Origin: Candidatus Eiseniibacteriota bacterium
Lineage (GTDB): Bacteria; Eisenbacteria; RBG-16-71-46; JABDJR01; JAWXBZ01
Assembly (NCBI GenBank): GCA_034440375.1
Contig: JAWXBZ010000152.1
Location: forward strand, 1-40,364
Length of the DNA stretch: 40,364 nucleotides
Reading direction: 5' to 3'
Within the stretch, counting starts at the first letter, position 1, and every line of letters starts with the position of its first letter. The notes beneath the pieces were generated by a model. The model searched no databases, was not told the DNA's origin, and saw only the letters and a list, made by a program, of their open reading frames with translations. Positions 26,137 through 34,942 of this stretch are shown in pieces. The translations under genes were made by a program, and so were the position numbers.

Positions 26137-28551
26137 GTGTCCCGTTCCGGATCTGCCGGGCGCCGCCAGCGCCTGTCGGTTGTCTTGATGGCTACGGTGG
26201 AGGCGCGGCGTCTGTTGCCGTCCATCGAGAGTGTGCGCGACTGGGCCGAGGAAATTGTGGTGCTCGACGAAAGTCCGCAGGGCGTCTGGCGCTCCCTGAC
26301 ACGCCGGCTGGGTGTCCGTTGGTTGTCGCCCGCGGCCGACCTTGAGCCGGCCGAAGCACGGCGGCGTGCCCTGTACCAGACCGACGGCGAATGGCTGCTG
26401 CTTCTCGCCGCCGACGAACGCCTCGACTGGGGGCGTGGCGGTACCATCCTCCGGGACTTGATTCATCCTGACCCTTCGCCGATCGCCTGGAGCCTGGATC
26501 TGTTCGATAATCTCGATCCTCGTGAACCAGGCGTGGCGCGGCCGGCGGCGCGCCTCGTCCGAAAGCGCCCGGGCCTGACGTTTGCGCCCGGCGACGGCGA
26601 ACCATCACTTCAGCTCCATGATCGCCCGCTCTCGGAAATGGCCCGGCCGGCCGCCGTGGCCATCTGGCGCCCGGCCGCCCCCGTCCTTGATTCCTCCGAT
26701 CCGCTGGTGGTGGTGCTTGGCCTGTGGCGATCAGGAGATCCCGCCGCGGCGCTCGAGCGACTTCGGGAAATCGTGGATGCTCCGACCGGTTCCGACCCGC
26801 CGGATCGGAAAGGCGGAGCTCGCGCAGCGCGGCTGCTCTCGGCTCTGCTGCTGGCGGAGCGCCAGCTTGAAGAGGCCGTCGACCGGATCGAAGTGGAACT
26901 CGTAGCGGTCGACCCCCTGACGGATCCTTCGCTGGCGGCCTTCCTGCTGGGCGAACTCGGCCGCGCCGAGATGTTCCACAGGCACCATACGCGGGCGGAG
27001 GCCTGTTTCGAACGGGCCCTGAATCTGGCCCCGCGCCATTTTGCCATTCATGCGGGTCGCGCGGAGTTTCTCGAAGCCACCGACCGAAGGCACGAGGCGA
27101 TCGAAAGCTGGCTCAGGGCCGCCGCACTGCGGCCCGACCTTGGCCAGCCGCGCCGCCGCGCGGGTGAGCTCCTGCGGGAGCGGGGCCGGGGAGAGGATGC
27201 CGACGCGTTGATCCGGGAAGCGGACAACCTGGATCGGGCCACGGCGTTCGCTTCCACCTGGATGGATGTCGAGGACGAAACCGAAACGGCGACGCTGACG
27301 ACCAATCCGCTGGCCGATCTGCTGAAGGAATTCCAGCCCATCGAGACGAGCGAGCCGGAGCCGACACCGGCCCTCCAGACACTGCTGACACCGATATTGG
27401 AGACAGCACCGGCCCCCCCACTCGAAGCGATACTGGAACCGGCAATGGCTCCGGCGCTGACGATTGTGCTGCCGGTCGTCACCGGCCCGGATGAGACGAT
27501 GCCGTCAGCGGACCCGGTTCTGCCGGGTCATCGGCTGTTATCCGATCCGTCGGATCCCAAGGCGCTGGAGCAGCGTCACTGGGAGGCGGTGGCGCACCTG
27601 GAAGAGGAGGTGGCCCTCGATCCGGATGACCACGAGAAGCAGCTGGTGCTCGGTCTCAATCTGTTCTCGCTTCGCGAGTGGTCCCGTGCGGAAATGGCGC
27701 TCCGAAAGGCGGTGCGACAGACCGGGAAACCCCTGCCCAGACCACGCCTCGCGGTGGCCTGGTGTCGACTGGCCGAATGTTCACTGGAACGCGGTGATCT
27801 CACCGAGGCCTCGCGCGAAGCGGGGAGTGCGCTGGCGCTCGATGCGAACAGCGTCGAAGCGCGGCTCGTTCTCGGTCGGATCGCGTTCCGGCAGCATCGA
27901 TTTCATGAGGCCGCCCGCGAATTCCGACGCCTGCTGGCGGGAGATAATGACCGGCTTCCTGTCGATCGGGGGGTTCTGCTGCGGGAGATGGGGATCGCCC
28001 TGTATCGTGACGGTCGGCATGCCGAGGCCGCGGAGGCGCTGGCCAAGGCCGCCGATCGCCTGGACCTGGATGCCATGCTGCAGTTGTTTCTGGGGAACGC
28101 GCAGGCGCACCTCGGCCGGATCGAGGCGGCGCTGGAATCGTTTCGAACGGCCCATCGCCTCGACCCGTCACTGCCCGAGGCACGCAACAACCTGGTGGTG
28201 CTGACCATCGATCTGGGCAATCGCCATGTCGAGGCCGGGAGGCACCGGGAAGCCCTCGATCTGGTAGCCGGTGTCCCGGCGACTCCCGAGGTTCTCTTCC
28301 TGTCCGCGGTGGCCCGCCACGCGCTCGGCGACCTGCCCGCCGCCCGCCGGGAGCTCGATCTTTTGAATGAACTCGATGACAACTTCGCCGAGGCTCATTG
28401 GAACCTGGCGGTCATCTGCCGGGAACTGGGAGATGTCGCTGCGTCCGGCCGCGCGCTGGCGCGTTTCCGCCATCTGGCCCCGGCAGACCCGCGCGGGCGG
28501 ACGCTGGAAGAAGCCCTCGCACGCGGCCCCGCAAAATCCTCAATCTCCTGA
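26137..28551 (+). CDS. Degenerate GT2-like N-terminal domain fused to two TPR arrays
   Basis: N-terminus 'LSVVLM...LESVRDWAEEIVVLD...ARRRAL....GEWLLLLAADERL' follows the GT2-TPR family pattern. TPR repeats flank an acidic Pro-rich linker. GTG 26137 has a GGAG SD; the ORF-track ATG 26083 overlaps a TAGAAT -10 box. Confidence 0.8.
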   Translation: MSRSGSAGRRQRLSVVLMATVEARRLLPSIESVRDWAEEIVVLDESPQGVWRSLTRRLGVRWLSPAADLEPAEARRRALYQTDGEWLLLLAADERLDWGRGGTILRDLIHPDPSPIAWSLDLFDNLDPREPGVARPAARLVRKRPGLTFAPGDGEPSLQLHDRPLSEMARPAAVAIWRPAAPVLDSSDPLVVVLGLWRSGDPAAALERLREIVDAPTGSDPPDRKGGARAARLLSALLLAERQLEEAVDRIEVELVAVDPLTDPSLAAFLLGELGRAEMFHRHHTRAEACFERALNLAPRHFAIHAGRAEFLEATDRRHEAIESWLRAAALRPDLGQPRRRAGELLRERGRGEDADALIREADNLDRATAFASTWMDVEDETETATLTTNPLADLLKEFQPIETSEPEPTPALQTLLTPILETAPAPPLEAILEPAMAPALTIVLPVVTGPDETMPSADPVLPGHRLLSDPSDPKALEQRHWEAVAHLEEEVALDPDDHEKQLVLGLNLFSLREWSRAEMALRKAVRQTGKPLPRPRLAVAWCRLAECSLERGDLTEASREAGSALALDANSVEARLVLGRIAFRQHRFHEAAREFRRLLAGDNDRLPVDRGVLLREMGIALYRDGRHAEAAEALAKAADRLDLDAMLQLFLGNAQAHLGRIEAALESFRTAHRLDPSLPEARNNLVVLTIDLGNRHVEAGRHREALDLVAGVPATPEVLFLSAVARHALGDLPAARRELDLLNELDDNFAEAHWNLAVICRELGDVAASGRALARFRHLAPADPRGRTLEEALARGPAKSSIS

Positions 28552-28698
28552 TCGACCCGCCGATAATTCGGGTGTCTGCCGCGATGGGGCTAAAGGTTCC
28601 TCGCGGTGGATGTCTCGCTACTTGCTCTTCCGGCCGGTCCGCGAGCCACGGGTCGACTCGCTTTGAACGGCGGGTCGACCCGGCCGGAACTTCCCGCC
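28552..28698. other. Structured intergenic element between convergent genes
   Basis: Perfect complementary pairs at 28552-28562/28668-28678 (11 bp) and 28628-28637/28680-28689 (10 bp), plus hairpins at 28578-28607 and 28641-28661. Confidence 0.3.
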
Positions 28699-28708
28699 CC
28701 TCTCGTCC

Positions 28709-30181
28709 TCAGCGCGTCCGGTCCTCCCGTTCGCCAAGCAGACGGATCTCCAACACCGGAAAAAGTTCGCGCGGGGAATAGGCGTAGACCTCGTCGCCGA
28801 CTTCGAGCCGCGTGGCGCCGTGCGGCTGGATCTTGTCGCCGGAGCGAAGAATCATGATCAGTAGACAATTTTCCGGGAGGTTGAGCTCGTTGATGGCGTG
28901 GCCGGCCGCTCTGGATCTCTCGTCGATCTTGTAGCAGGCCATCGTGCCCGGCCCGAGATCGATTGTGTCGACCGGTTCGGGGCGCGCCTTCCAGCTTGCC
29001 GGACGCAACACCGCGCGCGACGTGACCCATGGAATCGTCAGGCCGTGGACCACCGCGGAGACGATGACCACCACGGCCGTCACCCCGAGTATCCAGTCGG
29101 CCTCCGGCACCTGGTGCAAGAGCGGCAGCGTGGCGAGGGCCACCGGCGCCGAGCCCTTGAGGCCGGCGGCCGAGATGAACAGGATGCGCCGCCCGCCGAG
29201 CCGGCTTCCGGCCAGCGAAAGGAGGGTGGCCACCGGCCGCGCCACGAAGAGGAGCACACCGGTCACGACGAGTCCGATCGGCAGTGCCGCCCGGAAGGCG
29301 GACGGCGTGACCAGAAGGCCCAGCAGAACAAAGAGCAGGATTTGCGACAGCCAGGGCAACCCCTCGTGGAAGCGTCGCATCGGGCCGCGATCGGGCAGGT
29401 CGGCGTTACCAATGACCAGGGCGCCGATGAAGACGGCCAGGAAGCCGGACCCGTGAAGGATGGCCGCCAGCCCGTAAAGCAGGAAGCCAGCCGCCACCGT
29501 GAGCAGCGTGTACAGGATCTCCGCATCGGGCTGAAGGTGGTTCAGCACCCAGATCGTGGCCCAACCGATGAGCACGCCGACTCCGATGCCGATGGCGGCG
29601 CTCGAGACAAAACCGATGGCGATGCGCCACCAGACGGTCTCGACGCCGGAAGCCCAGTGCAGCAGCGCCTGGGCCACGAAGGCCGCCATGGCTGCGGCAG
29701 CCGCCGATTCGAAGCGGAGCAGCTCCAGCGGTCGGGCGTCGACCCGTGAGCGGCGGCTCCGGAGCACGGTGGCCAGTGCCACCGGATCGGTTGAGGCCAC
29801 CACGGCCCCGAGCAGCGCTCCGGTGGCGAGCGGTACACCGGCCAGCCGGTGGACCACCCAGGCCACCAGGATGACCGAGACGATGGGTCCGACAATCGAG
29901 AGGGCGAGGGCCGGCTTCATCACCTTTCGCACCGATTCCCATCGGGTGGAAATACCGGACGAAAAGAGGATGCCGATCAGGGCGATGCTGCCGATGAGTC
30001 GGGCCAGCCCCGCGTCGTGGAATGGAATCCGCCCGGGACCCTCGATTCCCGCCGCCATGCCGGCCAGGGTGAAGAGCGCCAATGCCGGAACGCCCAGCAT
30101 CGGAGAGAGGCGCGCAGCCAGGATGCCGAACAGCAGCAGGACGCCGATCAGGAGAAGCAGGTAGTCGGGCGCCGAAACCAT
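28709..30181 (-). CDS. nhaP2: NhaP2/CvrA-like cation:proton antiporter (CPA1) with C-terminal RCK_C (TrkA-C) domain; atypical active site
   Basis: 'GVPALALF..AGMAAG.EGPG.I.F', 'GAVVASTDP', 'GSGFLAVFIGAL..GN', 'FHEGL.WL.QI.LF.LLGLLVTPS', 'LLFVARP', RCK_C 'AAG..I.EL.LP...L...I.R.G..I.PHG.T.LE.GD'. ATG 30181. Confidence 0.88.
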   Translation of the reverse strand: MVSAPDYLLLLIGVLLLFGILAARLSPMLGVPALALFTLAGMAAGIEGPGRIPFHDAGLARLIGSIALIGILFSSGISTRWESVRKVMKPALALSIVGPIVSVILVAWVVHRLAGVPLATGALLGAVVASTDPVALATVLRSRRSRVDARPLELLRFESAAAAAMAAFVAQALLHWASGVETVWWRIAIGFVSSAAIGIGVGVLIGWATIWVLNHLQPDAEILYTLLTVAAGFLLYGLAAILHGSGFLAVFIGALVIGNADLPDRGPMRRFHEGLPWLSQILLFVLLGLLVTPSAFRAALPIGLVVTGVLLFVARPVATLLSLAGSRLGGRRILFISAAGLKGSAPVALATLPLLHQVPEADWILGVTAVVVIVSAVVHGLTIPWVTSRAVLRPASWKARPEPVDTIDLGPGTMACYKIDERSRAAGHAINELNLPENCLLIMILRSGDKIQPHGATRLEVGDEVYAYSPRELFPVLEIRLLGEREDRTR

Positions 30182-30188
30182 GTCAGGC

Positions 30189-30197
30189 ATCCTATCA
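30189..30197 (-). promoter_or_regulatory. Candidate extended -10 (TGaTAGGAT) 7 nt before the antiporter ATG (leaderless type)
   Basis: Minus strand reads TGA-TAGGAT-gcctgac-ATG(30181). Confidence 0.5.
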
Positions 30198-30252
30198 GGC
30201 AGGACCGCCGTGGCGCGACCGCCCGGGATCCGACTGATGCCCGGGCAATTCG

Positions 30253-30282
30253 TTGACACTCGCGAAAGCGGGGTGATACCGT
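30253..30282 (+). promoter_or_regulatory. sigma70-type promoter for the second kinase/regulator operon
   Basis: TTGACA-N18-TACCGT with an extended TG (TGaTACCGT). Confidence 0.6.
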
Positions 30283-30330
30283 GCTCCTGTCGGTCTACCG
30301 CATCTCCGCGGCTGGGTCCGGCCTTATCGC

Positions 30331-31557
<1,227 letters not shown>

Positions 31558-31560
31558 CGC

Positions 31561-32979
31561 ATGACCAATGAACTGCTGCCGCGCGGCGGACACGGGATTC
31601 TGATCATTGACGACGAGCGATCGCTCCGGTTCACGATTGGCGAGGCGCTTCGGGGCGAGGGATTTCGCGTCTTCGAGGCTCCGGGCGGCGAAAGCGGCCT
31701 TTTGGTCCTGCGTGAGGAAGAGATTGACCTGGTTCTCCTGGATCAGAAGCTCAAGGAATCGGGTGAGGACGGCCTGGAAATCCTGAAGCTGATCAAGCGG
31801 GAGTGGCCGGATACGGAGGTGGTCATGATGACCGCCTTCGGCCGCTTCGAATCAGCCGTCCAGGCCACCAAGCTCGGCTGTTACCAGTACCTGGGCAAGC
31901 CTTTCGAAATCGACCAGCTGGTCCTCATCCTCCGGGGTGCGCTGGAGAACCGGTCCCTTCGACGCGAGGTGGAGGTTCTGAAACGCGCCGAGAGCGGCCG
32001 CTACTCCCTGGAGCTGATCGAGGGAGCGAGCCCGGCCATGCGCCGGACCCTGGATGAACTGGACAAAATCGCCGCCGGCTCCACCACCGCACTCCTGCTG
32101 GGCGAGACCGGCGCCGGCAAGGAACTGCTGGCCCGCCGCATCCACGAGAAGAGCCCGCTGGCCGCCGGCCCATTTGTCGAAGTCAACTGCTCGGCCATCC
32201 CCGAGAACCTGCTCGAGAGCGAACTGTTCGGTTTCGAGAAGGGGGCCTTCACGGACGCCAGGGCCCGCAAGAAGGGGCTGTTCGAACTGGCGGACGGCGG
32301 CACCATCTTCCTGGACGAGATCGGCGAGATGTCACTCGGACTTCAGTCCAAGTTACTCCGGGTACTCGAAACGAAATCGTTCAAGCGGGTCGGGGGAACC
32401 ACGAATGTCGTGGTCAACGTCCGCTTCGTCGCCGCCACCAACCGCGATCTCAAGAAGGCGGTGGCCGAGGGGCATTTTCGCGAGGATCTCTACTATCGAT
32501 TGTCGGTCGTCCCGATTTCCATTCCGCCACTCCGCGATCGGGTCGATGACATCCCCTCGCTGATCGATCACTTCATTCAACACTTCAACCGGGAGCTCCG
32601 GCGAAACGTCACCGGCGCCGACGAACGGGCCATGACGTTGTTGACAGGCTATCACTGGCCGGGAAATGTGCGCGAACTCCGGAACGTGATCGAGCGCGCG
32701 TTGCTGCTCGGCAGCGGCACGATGATCGAGGCGGGCAGCCTGCCAACGGAGATGCTGGCCCGGGCCGCCACCGCGTCGACCGGTTCCCCCGACGCCGCCG
32801 GGCTGGCGGCGCTGCCGGCCGGGCCGGCCGGCGTCCTGACGCTGGCCGCCGCCGAGCGATACGCGGTCGTATCCGCCCTGGCTCGTTTCGAGGGCAACAA
32901 GACCCGGGCCTCGGAAGCACTCGGCATCAGCCGCCAGACTCTCCGCCAGAAGATGAAGGACTACGGGTTGGCCGAGTGA
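31561..32979 (+). CDS. sigma54-dependent response regulator (NtrC/AtoC family)
   Basis: REC 'IIDDE...LLDQKL...MTAFG...KPF', 'GETGAGKE', 'ESELFGFEKGAFTDA', 'FLDEIGEM', 'WPGNVREL', HTH 'GNKTRASEALGISRQTL'. Confidence 0.95.
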   Translation: MTNELLPRGGHGILIIDDERSLRFTIGEALRGEGFRVFEAPGGESGLLVLREEEIDLVLLDQKLKESGEDGLEILKLIKREWPDTEVVMMTAFGRFESAVQATKLGCYQYLGKPFEIDQLVLILRGALENRSLRREVEVLKRAESGRYSLELIEGASPAMRRTLDELDKIAAGSTTALLLGETGAGKELLARRIHEKSPLAAGPFVEVNCSAIPENLLESELFGFEKGAFTDARARKKGLFELADGGTIFLDEIGEMSLGLQSKLLRVLETKSFKRVGGTTNVVVNVRFVAATNRDLKKAVAEGHFREDLYYRLSVVPISIPPLRDRVDDIPSLIDHFIQHFNRELRRNVTGADERAMTLLTGYHWPGNVRELRNVIERALLLGSGTMIEAGSLPTEMLARAATASTGSPDAAGLAALPAGPAGVLTLAAAERYAVVSALARFEGNKTRASEALGISRQTLRQKMKDYGLAE

Positions 32980-34139
32980 GGAACGAGAGAGGCTCGGTTT
33001 CGATCGCGACGCTCCTGATCGGCGCCATGGTGATGCTGTTGGCGGCTATCGCCGCCGTGGTGACCCTTCAGGGGCCACGTGACAGCCTGGCGCCGCTTGG
33101 CTCCCAATCGGCCGATTCCACGATCATTCCGATCGAGACCCGATTCGCCGTCGGCCCGTTGGCCATTGGTCCCTTGATACCGCGCACCGACCTGTCCGGC
33201 ATTGTCATTCCCATCGACCCGGCCGACACCGCCCGCGTTCCAGGTGGGCGGGTGGATGAGTTCTGGCTGGCGGACGACAAGGCCAATCGCCTCGAATTCA
33301 TGATCGTTCGCGGCCGCGTCCTCGTGCAGAGTGGCGCCTCTCCCATGCTGGTCGTGCTGCCCATCACCATCAGCAACCCGTCACACCTGCCGGTCGGTGA
33401 TGACATGGAAGACCTGGCGTGGCTGGCTACGACCGGGGCCTCGCCCAGCTTCGTGGCCGCTTCCGGCGAGACCGGGCCCGGGGGGCAGGGCGTGTCGTGG
33501 GTATATCTCTTCGAATTGCGGGATGACGGCCTCACGCTCCGCTGGTCGAGCCTCGGCTCGCCGCCCAACGAGAGCGTGGGGAACAACGGGTTCGAGGGGG
33601 TGGCGTTGATCCGTCTCGGCGCCGACACGCTGGCTCTGCTCGGCTTCAAGGAACGTCCCGATCCGACCTACGTCCGGAGTTTTCTCTTCCGCGAGATTTC
33701 CGGCGTCCGGGGTCCCGTGACATTCGCCCCGGCAGCCGGAACCGACTCGGTCACGCTGGTGCCGCTCGAACGAGTCGGGATGGACCGGATCGAGGGGATG
33801 GCCACCCAGGCCGGTGCGTGCATTGGCCCCGACGGCGACCTGTATGTCCTGGATCGGAGCCGGAGGCTGATCGCGATCGTCGATCGGGCGCGACTCGAGG
33901 CGGCGATACGAGACCCGGCGGAAAACCTGATTCCGGTTCGGGAGCGGCTCGACTACTCGTCCCTCGAAGCGATGATCGAGAACAAGTCGGATCAAGGGGC
34001 CCCACTCTCCCCCTTCGGTACCGCCGAGGGGCTGACCTTCGACCTGGACGGACGCCTGTACCTCCTGGCCGACAACAACGAGGCGGGGCCCTCGACGCTG
34101 TTGACTTTGACTCCCCGGAAGCCTGCCCCGCCGCATTGA
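32976..34139 (+). CDS. Exported or membrane-anchored beta-propeller-like protein (SdiA-regulated / phytase-like)
   Basis: N-terminal hydrophobic anchor; blade-like motifs 'DLSGI', 'DMEDLAW', 'NNGFEGVA', 'AEGLTFDLDGRLYLLADN'. GTG start overlaps the upstream TGA. Confidence 0.6.
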   Translation: MRNERGSVSIATLLIGAMVMLLAAIAAVVTLQGPRDSLAPLGSQSADSTIIPIETRFAVGPLAIGPLIPRTDLSGIVIPIDPADTARVPGGRVDEFWLADDKANRLEFMIVRGRVLVQSGASPMLVVLPITISNPSHLPVGDDMEDLAWLATTGASPSFVAASGETGPGGQGVSWVYLFELRDDGLTLRWSSLGSPPNESVGNNGFEGVALIRLGADTLALLGFKERPDPTYVRSFLFREISGVRGPVTFAPAAGTDSVTLVPLERVGMDRIEGMATQAGACIGPDGDLYVLDRSRRLIAIVDRARLEAAIRDPAENLIPVRERLDYSSLEAMIENKSDQGAPLSPFGTAEGLTFDLDGRLYLLADNNEAGPSTLLTLTPRKPAPPH

Positions 34140-34266
34140 CCCGCCACCGGAACCGAACGGATTAATTGGCGCCGGGGTCGAGACAGGTCAGCCTTCGATG
34201 TGTAATGTCAGGCGGGCCGCATCGCGGTTCCTATCGATCTTTAGACATCCCCAACAGGAGGCAGGA

Positions 34267-34779
34267 ATGTCCGCCAAACGAAATACCAGGAAATCCACCA
34301 GGCGTAACGATGGCGCCGACACGCTGAAAGCCGACCGCAAGGCACTCGTCGCCGCGCTGAATGAGGATCTGAGCCGCGAATACCAGGCCATCATCGCCTA
34401 CGTCGTTTACTCGCAGGTATTGAAGGGGGCCGCGTACATGGCCATCGCGACCGAGCTGGAGGTGCACGCCGGCGAGGAACTGCAGCACGCACTCACCATC
34501 GCCCGACAGATCGACTACCTGGGCGGAATGCCCACGGTGACACCGAAACCGGTCAGGACCTCCGACGACCCGAAGGCGATGCTGAGGTTCGACCTCGAGA
34601 ACGAGACTGAGACGATCCGGGCGTATCGCGAACGAGTCCGGCAATGCGAGGCGCTGGAGGAATACGCGCTGGCGGAGGAGATCCGGGATATCCTGGTGCA
34701 GGAACAGGAGCACCAGATTGACCTGGCCACGGCGCTCGGCATCGAAGTGCCCACGATTGCCCCGAAGCGTCGGCGATAA
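34267..34779 (+). CDS. Ferritin-like (bacterioferritin-type) di-iron protein
   Basis: 'LNEDLSREYQAIIAY', 'HAGEELQHA...A.QIDYLGG.P', 'DLENE.ETI..Y', 'ILVQEQEH'; ATG 34267 after GGAGG. Confidence 0.9.
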   Translation: MSAKRNTRKSTRRNDGADTLKADRKALVAALNEDLSREYQAIIAYVVYSQVLKGAAYMAIATELEVHAGEELQHALTIARQIDYLGGMPTVTPKPVRTSDDPKAMLRFDLENETETIRAYRERVRQCEALEEYALAEEIRDILVQEQEHQIDLATALGIEVPTIAPKRRR

Positions 34780-34942
34780 CTTTCATTCCAGACAGTTTGT
34801 CAGCGCGAGCTGGCCAGCTGCAGGCCGATCACCAGCTGGACTGCGTTCGAGAACTCGGTCTGGCGGCCGATCAGAGCTTCGGCATTGCCTTGCTCGCGCC
34901 GCGAACGAATTACTCTTCGATGAGATCTGCGCCGGGAGCGGG

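Noticed and set aside
28549-28607. TGA followed by a hairpin as possible selenocysteine recoding (SECIS)
   Set aside because: Read-through would add only four codons before TAA, and there is no redox motif context.
28552-28698. tRNA, tRNA-Sec, SRP RNA or tmRNA
   Set aside because: No cloverleaf, T-loop with CCA end, or SRP domain IV motif can be assembled on either strand.
32236-32259. GAFTDA (and GSFTGA in the other activator) as inactivating changes to the GAFTGA loop
   Set aside because: Both are common natural variants that keep the key F and T residues; not unusual on their own.
34740-34779. Encapsulin targeting peptide on the ferritin-like protein
   Set aside because: The C-terminus lacks the LxIGSL-type motif, and no encapsulin gene is adjacent.
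34807-34838. CCAGCTG-rich palindromic stretch between the ferritin and the metal-binding gene
   Set aside because: Short, no U-tract and no regular spacing; not supportable as a terminator, repeat family or CRISPR remnant.
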